Notes under the pieces: generated by a model
Seen by the model: only the letters and a program-made list of their open reading frames with translations
What the model was told of the DNA's origin: nothing
Database searches by the model: none
In this document: piece after piece, positions 1 to 8,703 of the stretch
Layout: each line of letters opens with the position of its first letter
Numbering within the stretch: the stretch's first letter is position 1
Assembly: GCA_964416445.1 (NCBI GenBank)
Contig: CAYQEE010000003.1
Span: 65,946 to 129,945 of the forward strand
DNA length: 64,000 bases
Direction of reading: 5' to 3'
Origin: an uncultured Gammaproteobacteria bacterium
GTDB lineage: Bacteria > Patescibacteriota > Microgenomatia > Levybacterales > UBA12049
Translations under genes and position numbers: made by a program

Positions 1-2
1 CT

Positions 3-746
3 TTCGATAACGGTGCAGGGGTATTTCCAAAGGGATTTTTTATAGTTGATACATCGCCCGCTGATCCACCTTTTTGGTGGCCATTTCCAAATTTTTATAA
101 TATTGTTGGTTCCTATAACGCTGGCGCAACGGATCCAACTGGGATGACTGTTGCTACAGGTAATATTGCAATTATTGTAGGTAATGGTGGAACGCAACAA
201 TATCAAGTAATTAATATTTCGAATGAAGCAAATCCGGTCAATTGTGGGGGTTTAGCTATTAGCCAAGGGATTAGTGGTATTGCATCATTACTTGAAAAAG
301 ATGGAGACGCATTTTCCTATATAATTACAGGTGAGGCAAATAATCAATTTAAAATTATTCAAGGTGGTTTAGGAGGACAATTTGTAACGCTTGGTACTTT
401 CGAATCACAAACTTTTGATGCTACCTCGTCTGCTGCATTTAATAGGTTCAATGCAACAATTGCTGAACCTCCTCAAACTTCTCTTCAGTTCCAATTTGCC
501 GTAGCTCCCCCAATAAGTAACAGTTGTTCCGGAGCCAATTTCAATTATGTCGGTCCGAGTGGAAGCCCAAGTGCTTATTTCCTTCCAACCAGTACTACAT
601 CTGCCGCTTTTAATATTCCTTTTGGAAATTTCGGTACAAATTATACTAATCCAAATAGGTGTTTTCGGTATAAAGTATATTTCAATACCGGTGATTATAC
701 ACAAACACCAGTTTTATACGATGCGACGATAAACTATACGCCATGA
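3..746 (+). CDS. 3' fragment of a large protein whose start lies left of the window; probably a pilus-associated adhesin or minor-pilin-complex protein
   Basis: The frame is open from position 3 (FDNGAGVFPKGFF...) with no stop until 746, so the track's 144 start is internal. It is Gly/Thr/Asn-rich and beta-rich. The stop overlaps the start of the next pilin-like gene (ATGA overlap). Confidence 0.5.
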   Translation, partial: FDNGAGVFPKGFFIVDTSPADPPFWWPFPNFYNIVGSYNAGATDPTGMTVATGNIAIIVGNGGTQQYQVINISNEANPVNCGGLAISQGISGIASLLEKDGDAFSYIITGEANNQFKIIQGGLGGQFVTLGTFESQTFDATSSAAFNRFNATIAEPPQTSLQFQFAVAPPISNSCSGANFNYVGPSGSPSAYFLPTSTTSAAFNIPFGNFGTNYTNPNRCFRYKVYFNTGDYTQTPVLYDATINYTP

Positions 747-1240
747 AACAAGTTTTTTTACAAAAAGGTGAAACTCTTATTGAACTCTTATTATATATAG
801 GGTTTTTGTCAATGTTGCTTGTTGTATTCTTGCAAGTGTTTACTTCAGTTCTTGATGTGCAATCGGAGTCTCAATCAACTTCATCGGTTGAACAAGATGG
901 AAAATATTTAATTCAAAGATTAACCTATGATATTCAGCGATCTACTAGTATTCAGAATCCAGTCAGTGTAGGTGGATCAAGTTCCACACTTCAATTAAAT
1001 ATTGGTGGTAATATATTTACTTATACATTATTGAATAATAATTTAGTACTTACCAATAACCTTGATACTAACGCACAATTGAATAGTTATGACGCGAGTG
1101 TTAGTGCCCTATTATTTACTCGAATTGGTAATCCAGGAGGGAAAAATGTTATACAAGTACTGTTTACTCTCGCTGGAAAAACTCAAAGGATTTCTAGCAC
1201 AGAAGTTCGTAGTTTTCAAACGACAATAGGAACAAGATAA
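743..1240 (+). CDS. Prepilin-type minor pilin / pseudopilin (class III signal peptide)
   Basis: N-terminus QKG|ETLIELLLYIGFLSMLLVVF: a G-x4-E prepilin cleavage/methylation motif followed by a hydrophobic helix. It is translationally coupled to its neighbours. Confidence 0.6.
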   Translation: MKQVFLQKGETLIELLLYIGFLSMLLVVFLQVFTSVLDVQSESQSTSSVEQDGKYLIQRLTYDIQRSTSIQNPVSVGGSSSTLQLNIGGNIFTYTLLNNNLVLTNNLDTNAQLNSYDASVSALLFTRIGNPGGKNVIQVLFTLAGKTQRISSTEVRSFQTTIGTR

Positions 1241-1241
1241 T

Positions 1242-1622
1242 ATGAAAAAGAATATACAATGTGGTCAAGCACTCGTTACCTTACTTTTTTTTATAATCAT
1301 TGGAATTACCATAACGACCGCGGCAGTTATTGTTATTCTAACAAGTTCAGATACTGCAAGCAGATTTGAATTAGGTACAACGGCATATTATGTAGCAGAA
1401 AGTGGTGCGGAGAATGCACTCTTGCAACTAGAAAGAAATCCTTCGTATACTGGTGAAACCATTTCAGTTGGACAAGGGACTGCTATAATTACGGTAACTA
1501 ATGGTAGTCCAATTACGATAGTTTCAGTTGGACAATTAGGAAATTATATTCGCAAAATTCAAGTCCAAGCGGTATATAATAATAATAAACTTTCAGTCTC
1601 AACATGGAAGGAAATTAATTAA
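1242..1622 (+). CDS. PilX-like minor pilin (PilX_N-type N-terminus)
   Basis: MKKNIQCGQALVTLLFFIIIGITITTAAV resembles the PilX N-terminal domain. It is a small beta-rich protein, and the next gene starts at its stop (ATGA-type coupling). Confidence 0.5.
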   Translation: MKKNIQCGQALVTLLFFIIIGITITTAAVIVILTSSDTASRFELGTTAYYVAESGAENALLQLERNPSYTGETISVGQGTAIITVTNGSPITIVSVGQLGNYIRKIQVQAVYNNNKLSVSTWKEIN

Positions 1623-2452
1623 TGGCAAAACAACTTGCACTTTATATTGACGCAAATAGAGGTATTTTTTTTGGAGATGATTTGCAAGAAGCAAAAGAAA
1701 TAGCATTTCCTGATGATATTGTGAGAGATTTGGACTTGGTAAATAAAGAGAAACTTGATGCTTATTTACAAGCTATTTTGCAAACATATCAAATTATTCC
1801 GAGTCAACTCACCATTATTCTTGCAGATGCCATTACATTTGATAAAGATGTTACTGAACTTCCTCCTGAAAGACGAGATGAGGAAATAAAAAAATATTTA
1901 GATATTGTTCCGTTTCAAGATATTTGTTCACGTGTCTATACGATTGAAAAAAAGGCACATTTAGTTGCTGCAAATAATAGTTTGATTGAAAAGATTCGTT
2001 TATTTTTTCAAAAGCAACAATTTATTGTTACTGCAGTAGTTCCCTACTCTATTTTGCAAGAAGTATTTCCAGCATTACAAACTGATGTTGATTTAAGTTT
2101 TATCTTAAGTAAAATTGATTCATTCAAACAGTATTCAATCATTACAGAACAAAGTATTGTTCATCCAACATCCGCTAATGGGCAAGTTACTCATAAGGGT
2201 AATAAAAGATTATTTTTGCTCGTCGGAGTGTTTGGTATTCTTATTGCCATCTTAATCGTCGTCATTTTCTTGAATCTTTCACCCCAGCAATCCCAAACTC
2301 CTGCTCACAAAAGTTCATCATTTAATATTCGAAATAAATCCAGTGTAACGAAGACGTCAATAACATCGACTCCACAACAAGCTGTTGCTGGTGCTAGTAC
2401 AAGCAGAAGAATTGTTCCTACATTATATTTTATAAACGTTGGAGCCAAGTAA
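1622..2452 (+). CDS. Hypothetical pilus-locus membrane protein (cytoplasmic N-domain, single C-terminal TM, Ser/Thr-rich tail)
   Basis: 276 aa with a TM helix LFLLVGVFGILIAILIVVIFL near residue 205. It sits inside the pilin operon. No family was recognised with confidence. Confidence 0.35.
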   Translation: MAKQLALYIDANRGIFFGDDLQEAKEIAFPDDIVRDLDLVNKEKLDAYLQAILQTYQIIPSQLTIILADAITFDKDVTELPPERRDEEIKKYLDIVPFQDICSRVYTIEKKAHLVAANNSLIEKIRLFFQKQQFIVTAVVPYSILQEVFPALQTDVDLSFILSKIDSFKQYSIITEQSIVHPTSANGQVTHKGNKRLFLLVGVFGILIAILIVVIFLNLSPQQSQTPAHKSSSFNIRNKSSVTKTSITSTPQQAVAGASTSRRIVPTLYFINVGAK

Positions 2453-2465
2453 GCAAAATTGCCTA

Positions 2466-2495
2466 TTGACAACATGTTTTTTTAAATGCTAATGT
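2466..2495 (+). promoter_or_regulatory. Candidate sigma70-like promoter upstream of the major pilin genes
   Basis: TTGACA at 2466-2471 with TGcTAATGT about 18 nt downstream (extended -10-like, imperfect), in the 135-bp AT-rich gap before the pilin at 2588. Confidence 0.25.
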
Positions 2496-2587
2496 TAATA
2501 CAGAGGCAGGAACAAAGAGCTAAAAAGTTTACAAGAAATATATAAAGAATAAATAAATAACTAGACAAACAATAAAGAATTAAAAAT

Positions 2588-3082
2588 ATGTTAACTGCCC
2601 AACTTAATACAAAAACGAATCAACAAGGATTTACCCTTATCGAGCTTTTAGTAGTCATTGGAATATTAGCAGTCCTCTTGGCAATTACCTTAGTAGCAAT
2701 CAATCCGGCAAAACAGTTTCAGTCAGCAAATAATACAAAACGTCAAAGTGATGTGAACTCAATTCTTAATGCACTTAATCAATACCAAGCAGATAATCAC
2801 GGTGGATTACCATCAGGATTGACATCGGGAGCATGTGGAACAACTCCATGCGAAATTACTGGTGTTACAGGATCTGGGAATGTTGATGTCTGTCCTTCAT
2901 TAGTGACGAAATATTTAGCAGCTTTACCAGTTGATCCCTTAGTAAATAATGGAGCGGCAGTTTCCACATGTAATACAACTTACGACGCTGGTTACAAAGT
3001 TTCAGTAAGTGCTCAAGATAATAGAATAACTGTAAATGCGCCAAACGCTGAAGGCGGAGCTACAATTTCAGTAACTAGATAA
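2588..3082 (+). CDS. Type IV major pilin, paralog 1
   Basis: QQG|FTLIELLVVIGILAVLLAITLVAINPAKQF is the classic class III signal and N-terminal alpha-helix. Two C-terminal Cys pairs suggest a disulfide-bonded D-region. Confidence 0.85.
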   Translation: MLTAQLNTKTNQQGFTLIELLVVIGILAVLLAITLVAINPAKQFQSANNTKRQSDVNSILNALNQYQADNHGGLPSGLTSGACGTTPCEITGVTGSGNVDVCPSLVTKYLAALPVDPLVNNGAAVSTCNTTYDAGYKVSVSAQDNRITVNAPNAEGGATISVTR

Positions 3083-3576
3083 TGAAACATAAATATACAT
3101 TTTCAAAATCCCAAGAAGCTTTCACCTTAATAGAGCTTTTAGTAGTCATTGGAATATTAGCAGTTCTTTTAGCAATTACTCTTGTAGCTATTAATCCAGC
3201 TAAACAATTTTCAGCTGCTAATAATACGAAGAGACAAAGTGATGTAAACTCAATCCTTAATGCTTTAAATCAGTATCAAGCGGATAATCATGGTGGTTTA
3301 CCAACAAATTTAAGCGCGGCTAATTGTCCGGCAGCTACTCCATGTGGAATCAAAGGTGGAGGAGCGTCAGGAACAATTGATGTATGTCCATCTCTGGTGA
3401 CAAAATATTTGGCTGCTTTACCTGTAGATCCGTTAGTAAACAATGGTGCTGCTGTTTCTACATGTAATTCTACTTATGACACGGGGTATCAAGTTTCAGT
3501 TAGTACATCAGACGCAAGAATAACATTATATGCTCCAAGAGCGGAAAGTGGAGCTACGATTTCTGTAACAAGATAA
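3082..3576 (+). CDS. Type IV major pilin, paralog 2
   Basis: EA|FTLIELLVVIGILAVLLAITLVAINPAKQF. The protein is near-identical to the upstream paralog except for the central segment (about aa 75-100). Both are 164 aa. Confidence 0.85.
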   Translation: MKHKYTFSKSQEAFTLIELLVVIGILAVLLAITLVAINPAKQFSAANNTKRQSDVNSILNALNQYQADNHGGLPTNLSAANCPAATPCGIKGGGASGTIDVCPSLVTKYLAALPVDPLVNNGAAVSTCNSTYDTGYQVSVSTSDARITLYAPRAESGATISVTR

Positions 3577-3580
3577 TCTT

Positions 3581-3865
3581 ATGATTCACCCTGGTCACGA
3601 AAAAAATATCAAAGCAATAATTTCTTTTCTTATTGTATTAATTGCTTTAGGGATTTTGCTTATTTTTGTAAGTAATAAAGACACAATTGTTGCGAATGGT
3701 CAATTTGGTTATTTTATAACGTTGGCTGTTTTTGGCTCTATTTTATTAATTAGCTTATTATATTTAGTTTCGAACTCTCAGGTTAAGAAAGAGGTCGTAT
3801 ATAAAACTAAAGTAGCTAAAAAGGTCGCAAGTAAATCAAAAAAGAAGAAATCAAAAAGAAGATAA
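3581..3865 (+). CDS. Small membrane protein with Lys-rich C-terminal tail
   Basis: Two predicted TM helices and a KKVASKSKKKKSKRR tail. It lies 4 nt after pilin 2. Confidence 0.4.
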   Translation: MIHPGHEKNIKAIISFLIVLIALGILLIFVSNKDTIVANGQFGYFITLAVFGSILLISLLYLVSNSQVKKEVVYKTKVAKKVASKSKKKKSKRR

Positions 3866-3870
3866 CCCCG

Positions 3871-4290
3871 TTATTTAATAAATTTCTCTATTCTTTCTAG
3901 GAATTGGTCAGGTGTTAATTGTGATTTTATAATATAATCTTTGCCATGTTTTAATGCTTGTTTGTTTTGATCGTCCGTGTACATGTTTGTTAAAAATATG
4001 ACCGGAGTTTCTTCAGTTATCATTTGTGCATCTCGTGCTTTTGTAATCACTTCAAATCCGTTCATTTGAGGTAATACAATATCGCATAAAATTAAATTCC
4101 ACTTTTGCTTTTTAATTTTTTCGAACGCTTTTGTTCCATCATTTGCTGTATCCACTCGATACCCTTTCTCTCTTAAAATATCAGTATAAAGTTGTAAAAG
4201 CATTTCATCGTCCTCTATAAGCAGAATTTTGACATCGCGAGGTTCCATAGTTTGTATAAATACACTAGCATGTGAAACTAAGAGTGTCAA
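3871..4290 (-). CDS. Single-domain response regulator (CheY-like receiver)
   Basis: KILLIEDDE...CDIVLPQMNGFEV...PVIFLTN are receiver-domain motifs (acidic pocket, conserved T, K). There is no output domain. The true start may be the internal Met (MEPRDVKILLIEDDE, about 4248). Confidence 0.75.
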   Translation of the reverse strand: MTLLVSHASVFIQTMEPRDVKILLIEDDEMLLQLYTDILREKGYRVDTANDGTKAFEKIKKQKWNLILCDIVLPQMNGFEVITKARDAQMITEETPVIFLTNMYTDDQNKQALKHGKDYIIKSQLTPDQFLERIEKFIK

Positions 4291-4349
4291 TAAAGGTTCC
4301 AGTCGTTTATTGAGAGTGAAGATAACTCTATGGTATACTTTACGTACGT

Positions 4350-4424
4350 GGTGGCATTAGCTCAATTGGTTAGAGCATCAGCTTGTGGAGCTGAGTGTTG
4401 CCGGTTCAAGTCCGGTATGCCACC
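4350..4424 (+). tRNA. tRNA-His (anticodon GTG)
   Basis: Acceptor stem gtggcat/atgccac and a D-arm agctcaattggttagagc. The anticodon stem tcagc/gctga has loop ttGTGga. TPsiC is ggttcaagtcc. An extra G at -1 (4350) faces discriminator C, typical of tRNA-His. CCA is not encoded. Confidence 0.85.
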
Positions 4425-4682
4425 CAATCCGGTCTATTAGCAAAATCTAAGAATGTATCAAATGGTTTTATGATCTCATACCGGAGTAAAAGTCCATCAG
4501 CTTTAAGAAGATATCAATATGAAGTAACTGCTCTATTTAAAGGAGGAGTAAAATTCTGGCTCTCAGGAGTAAAGCCACTTATTAATCTTACCTCAATGTA
4601 TTTTCATGCTAGAGACATTCTTAGATAGTACAATTTCTTTAATGTTTTCTACCAGCATATATATCATGCTAAAATTGAGAAG

Positions 4683-5333
4683 ATGAAACAGAAAAGAATT
4701 TATACAGGGTATATTATCGTGTGCTTGCTTTCTCTTGTCACTAGCGGGAAAGCATATTATTATTTGCAAAATAAAATTATGAAACCTTCTATATCTCAAA
4801 TGGGGCAAGGAATAGAACAAAGAACAACTAGAACGCCAATTCCCACTGGAGTGGGAAACGTCCGAGACTCCAAAACTTGGTCAGTGTATACCTATCAAAA
4901 TTACTTCCGCATTGCCTATCCACCATCTTGGCATGTTGTACCAGATGCAGAAGGAAATGGTGTAAGCTTTATGACAAGCGATTTTCATCAAGATGACGAT
5001 TTCTCTATGCCCTATGACAATAGTTATGATGTTTCATATAGTATTTTTGGGAAGCATGCTATAGAAGACATGCAGCTTAAAACTGGTGACCAGTTCCCCA
5101 GCGACACAACATCAGAAACAATGGTAGTTACGAATCTTGTACATCTCTTCATTGATGGATATCCAGCTATTTCATTTGATTACTATCCAACTGATAACGT
5201 CAACTTCATTCACACAAGATACATCATTCTCAAGGATAATACGCTCTATAGGTTTGATGCAACCTATCCACAAGATGCAAATAAACATCTATTTTCAGAC
5301 ATGATAGCTTCATTACAGTTTATTCAAAAATAA
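4683..5333 (+). CDS. Hypothetical secreted/anchored protein
   Basis: N-terminal hydrophobic segment (IIVCLLSLVTSG). No family was recognised. Confidence 0.4.
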   Translation: MKQKRIYTGYIIVCLLSLVTSGKAYYYLQNKIMKPSISQMGQGIEQRTTRTPIPTGVGNVRDSKTWSVYTYQNYFRIAYPPSWHVVPDAEGNGVSFMTSDFHQDDDFSMPYDNSYDVSYSIFGKHAIEDMQLKTGDQFPSDTTSETMVVTNLVHLFIDGYPAISFDYYPTDNVNFIHTRYIILKDNTLYRFDATYPQDANKHLFSDMIASLQFIQK

Positions 5334-5350
5334 AGTAGTCTGAGCAGTGT

Positions 5351-8062
5351 TTAATGAATCGCGATTGGATAGCTGGTAAGTGTTGTTGTTCTTCCAAATA
5401 GTTTATCTTGTGGAAGTCCATAGAGTTGATTAAAAATTGACGACCAGACATCACGTTCGTCAATCTGTACATTTGTCCAATTATGCTGGTCCGTACTTGG
5501 CGTAATCGTTCCTATCATTTCTGGAAAATGCACTGCGTTACTTAAAATAACCATACCACCACCTTGTCCATGATCAGTGCCATTACTGCCGTTGATTTTA
5601 TCAGTTCTTCCAAATTCGGAGAAGAAAACAAGTGTCAATTTTGTTTTTGTCTTTTCATCGTTATAGAAGTTGGTAAAAGTAGTAAGTAAATCCTGCAGTT
5701 CTTTATTGAGAAGTAGATCTTCATGTGCATGATGGTCATAGCTATTATCTGCAGAAAGGTAGTAAGTATTGCCGATATTATCGGCAATCAGTTTTTCTAA
5801 GAATGGTGCCTGGGTTGCATTTGTTCCGCCTGGTGTGCCTTTTCCAGCTTGGGCAATATCCTCAGCTGCTAATTTGTCAAGTAAAAGTGCTTGAGTATAG
5901 TAGATTGCAATGGGCTGTGGGAATAATCTATCAGTAAAGATTTGTTTTAAGTCTTTTTCACGAACCGTTACACTGTTTGTATTTACATTCTTCCGTTTGC
6001 CTAACTGGTAGAGTGTAAGACTTGATGAGCCAATTTGCAGGCTTTGGCTGCCTTTCGTCATTACAGGCGGTGTATTAGTGAAGGTAATTAAATTCGTACC
6101 CGGTTCCGCTTGTGCAAGTTTCCCTAAAATGCCGTCCTGATTTTGACTTAGTCCTGTTTCCATTTGAATACCTGCAATATCATGTGCGCGTGAGTGATTA
6201 GGAAGCCCAACAGATGATACAAGAAATGCTTCTTTTGATAGTAGTAATGGAAGAAGACTGCTTGCTGCATTATTAAGCATATAGCCGTTACCAAGCGATG
6301 TAGCATCTGAAGAATTCAAAGCCATTTGTTTTCTATTTGCACCATAGCTTGGGTCATTCGTATTTGCCCAGATGTCTTGAAAATCCCATCCGCCTCGTAC
6401 CCTGACGATAATAAGCTTAGACTGTGCCCCACCAGTCACTTGCGTAAGCGGAGTCAGATTAACTGCTTGTAAGTTACCACTTTGTGCTAAGAATTCTGGT
6501 TGGACGAGCATAAAACTAAGAAGTCCAGGTAGTTTAGTTTGTACATACTTAGGATTTGTTATTTCAAATGGAATTTTTTTACCAGAATCATCAGTTATTA
6601 AATAGGTCAGTAGGGAGGTTTGTACTGGTTGCGGAAGCGTTTTTCCAAGATATAATTCTTGTGAAAGTGTATTAATTAGGTCATTTGGACTATGAATACT
6701 ATTTGTGTTGGGAATGAGTGTACTCAAGAAAGTAGAGATATTCCGAGGTGGTATCGTATGCAGCAATTTATCAGTATCGGCAATCCATCTATTCACAATT
6801 GTACCTGAGTAAAACAGGATATTACTGTTGAACCCATCACGTCCAAAAATACTTCCTGGATTATATGGCTTAAAATCTAAATCAGTTAGCTCAGGTGCGT
6901 TAGGAATAACAGCATAGTCGTTTTGCCCATAGAGAAGCGTATAAAATGAACTTACTAAATCCATTGGTGTTTTATATCTATCATTAGACATATATGTTGG
7001 ACGATACATCATATCTGAAGCTAATAACCACTTGAGAGACGGAAGAATTTCAAAATTGTTTTGGATAATAACATTAGCAAAGATAGTAATATCTTGGTCT
7101 GATGGATTGTCTGTAACATAATAATGAAGTAGTTTACTTGCTAAAAATTCTCCTGCCTGAGTTTTCTTTTGCGAAATAATAAAATCAATTGCTCCTTGCG
7201 GGTCATTATATTGCTGTCCTAAAAAGGTTTTGAGATCTGTATAGTGCCTATTTTGATTGAAATACACAGTATGATTGCCTTTATCTGCAGTAAAGCCTGT
7301 TAGAATATACGCGAGGCTGTTGACATCTTGGTCTGAATAATTGAGCGTCGTTCTATTGTGGTCTAGCGGTGTATACTGGCCAATTAAGAAAAGTTGCATC
7401 AGCTCCCTACCAAAGTTTTCGTTAGGGTTTTTTGCAGTCGAGGCAGTTAAATCTAGATACTGTGCCATTGCATAGTTATTTTCCACGTTTTTTACCAACT
7501 GAATGTAGTTACCAAAGGCATTATCATAAAGGATTTGATGTAAAGCCTTTCCGTCAGCAAGTGTTATCATTTTCCCTTTATCTGGCGCATCAACGGAAAA
7601 TATGTTTTCCCAAAGATAATACAGTTTTCTCTTTACTCTGTCCGGGTCATGGACAAGTTGATAGGCATAAACGGTATCTTCATACATAGTTTCATTTTTG
7701 TAATTTGAGCGGTTATTTGTGAGATTTTGTAAACCTTGTTGATATTGTTGCTCCTCAGATTGAGAGACAGGTGCAAATAGCATATTAACTGCATCCTGCG
7801 GGGAGGAAGCAGCGCCAAGTTTTTTTACATCGTCCATGGTTGGGTTAAGATAAACCCGTCTTGCTAAATATGTGGCTTTTTTATTATTCCATTCAGTATT
7901 TGCTAAAAAAGGAAGACTCGTATGGCTACTCAACAGCCATACTCCTATTGCTATGAGAATAATAATGAGAGGTAAAAGAAATTTAGTCAGCAATCTTTTT
8001 GCTCGTTGTGATATCTCTAGTTGTGATACTTCCTGTGCATTTGGTTGCTGAATAGTATCCAT
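5351..8062 (-). CDS. Fused DUF1800-DUF1501 protein (DUF1501 = sulfatase/alkaline-phosphatase-superfamily-like)
   Basis: N-half: NENFGRELMQLFLIGQY...DQDVNSLAYILTGFTA is the DUF1800 hallmark. C-half: KLIIVRVRGGWDFQDIW and TLVFFSEFGRTDKINGSNGTDHGQGGGMVIL are DUF1501 hallmarks. It has an N-terminal TM helix. The two domains are usually encoded by separate adjacent genes. Confidence 0.7.
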   Translation of the reverse strand: MDTIQQPNAQEVSQLEISQRAKRLLTKFLLPLIIILIAIGVWLLSSHTSLPFLANTEWNNKKATYLARRVYLNPTMDDVKKLGAASSPQDAVNMLFAPVSQSEEQQYQQGLQNLTNNRSNYKNETMYEDTVYAYQLVHDPDRVKRKLYYLWENIFSVDAPDKGKMITLADGKALHQILYDNAFGNYIQLVKNVENNYAMAQYLDLTASTAKNPNENFGRELMQLFLIGQYTPLDHNRTTLNYSDQDVNSLAYILTGFTADKGNHTVYFNQNRHYTDLKTFLGQQYNDPQGAIDFIISQKKTQAGEFLASKLLHYYVTDNPSDQDITIFANVIIQNNFEILPSLKWLLASDMMYRPTYMSNDRYKTPMDLVSSFYTLLYGQNDYAVIPNAPELTDLDFKPYNPGSIFGRDGFNSNILFYSGTIVNRWIADTDKLLHTIPPRNISTFLSTLIPNTNSIHSPNDLINTLSQELYLGKTLPQPVQTSLLTYLITDDSGKKIPFEITNPKYVQTKLPGLLSFMLVQPEFLAQSGNLQAVNLTPLTQVTGGAQSKLIIVRVRGGWDFQDIWANTNDPSYGANRKQMALNSSDATSLGNGYMLNNAASSLLPLLLSKEAFLVSSVGLPNHSRAHDIAGIQMETGLSQNQDGILGKLAQAEPGTNLITFTNTPPVMTKGSQSLQIGSSSLTLYQLGKRKNVNTNSVTVREKDLKQIFTDRLFPQPIAIYYTQALLLDKLAAEDIAQAGKGTPGGTNATQAPFLEKLIADNIGNTYYLSADNSYDHHAHEDLLLNKELQDLLTTFTNFYNDEKTKTKLTLVFFSEFGRTDKINGSNGTDHGQGGGMVILSNAVHFPEMIGTITPSTDQHNWTNVQIDERDVWSSIFNQLYGLPQDKLFGRTTTLTSYPIAIH

Positions 8063-8107
8063 AAATTACTTTTAGTGTAGCAACATGAACAGGATATGAA
8101 CATATCC

Positions 8108-8578
8108 TCAATCAACGATAATTGTTCCTGTTTGTGTTGCATCAAAATGATTATGATAGCCATATCTGCCTGTCTTAGGAAATCGTAAGCTCAAAGAATC
8201 TCCATCATTAAATTCACCGAGGTTAAGCGGAGGATATGCAGTATGAGTGGGATGTGGGTCAGAATTTACTGTTGCTTGTTGTCCACTATTATTAACCCAT
8301 GTGACTGTCTGACCACGGTGGATAGTTAATACCTGTGGAACAAAACCAGTTACATTTAACGTAATTGTTGTTGCTGGGTTTGGGGTTACATTCTCAGGTC
8401 TATTGCTTTGGTTTCCATAGATACTTGTTGGAGTTGGAGCAGAGGTAGAAGTTGGGTTTATTCTTTGAGGAAGTAAGCCTGAACCTGTCGAGGTTCTGTT
8501 ACTGTGATTATAGAGCAGAATAATAATGCAGACTATTATGAGACAGACAATTGCACTAAACAATAATTTCTTATGCAT
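8108..8578 (-). CDS. Secreted cupredoxin-like (plastocyanin-fold) protein, probably lacking a Cys copper ligand
   Basis: Signal/TM then a Thr/Pro linker. The C-terminal HRGQTVTWVNNSG...YGYHNHFDATQTGTIIV pattern resembles cupredoxin beta-strands, but no Cys is present. Confidence 0.35.
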   Translation of the reverse strand: MHKKLLFSAIVCLIIVCIIILLYNHSNRTSTGSGLLPQRINPTSTSAPTPTSIYGNQSNRPENVTPNPATTITLNVTGFVPQVLTIHRGQTVTWVNNSGQQATVNSDPHPTHTAYPPLNLGEFNDGDSLSLRFPKTGRYGYHNHFDATQTGTIIVD

Positions 8579-8703
8579 AATTTTATACTATCATACTGAT
8601 GAGTAGTTTACGAAGTAAATTGACCCGATATTGAGGTAATAAAGTAAGGAATTTAATTACTCAGGTTCTTTTCATATTATATTCTATAATTTCTGCCAGT
8701 ATG

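Larger units (their letters stand above)
2588..3576 (+). repeat. Tandem gene duplication (two pilin paralogs, head to tail, 1-nt overlap)
   Basis: The two 495-nt genes encode largely identical proteins. The DNA differs at many synonymous sites, and only short stretches (e.g. agagcttttagtagtcattggaatattagcagt) are identical. Confidence 0.7.

Noticed and set aside
405-732. Nested ORFs 405..704(-) and 547..732(+)
   Set aside because: Both lie entirely inside the in-frame 3' fragment of the large pilus-locus protein. They are antisense or alternate-frame ORFs with low-complexity translations.
4395-4820. ORFs 4395..4628(+) and 4593..4820(-) from the six-frame track
   Set aside because: The first overlaps the tRNA-His gene and the second is antisense to it and to the start of the next gene. 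Both have no protein-like features.
5725-7818. ORFs 5725..5937(+), 7432..7689(+), 7633..7818(-)
   Set aside because: Nested within the DUF1800-DUF1501 gene, whose conserved motifs are continuous on the minus strand.
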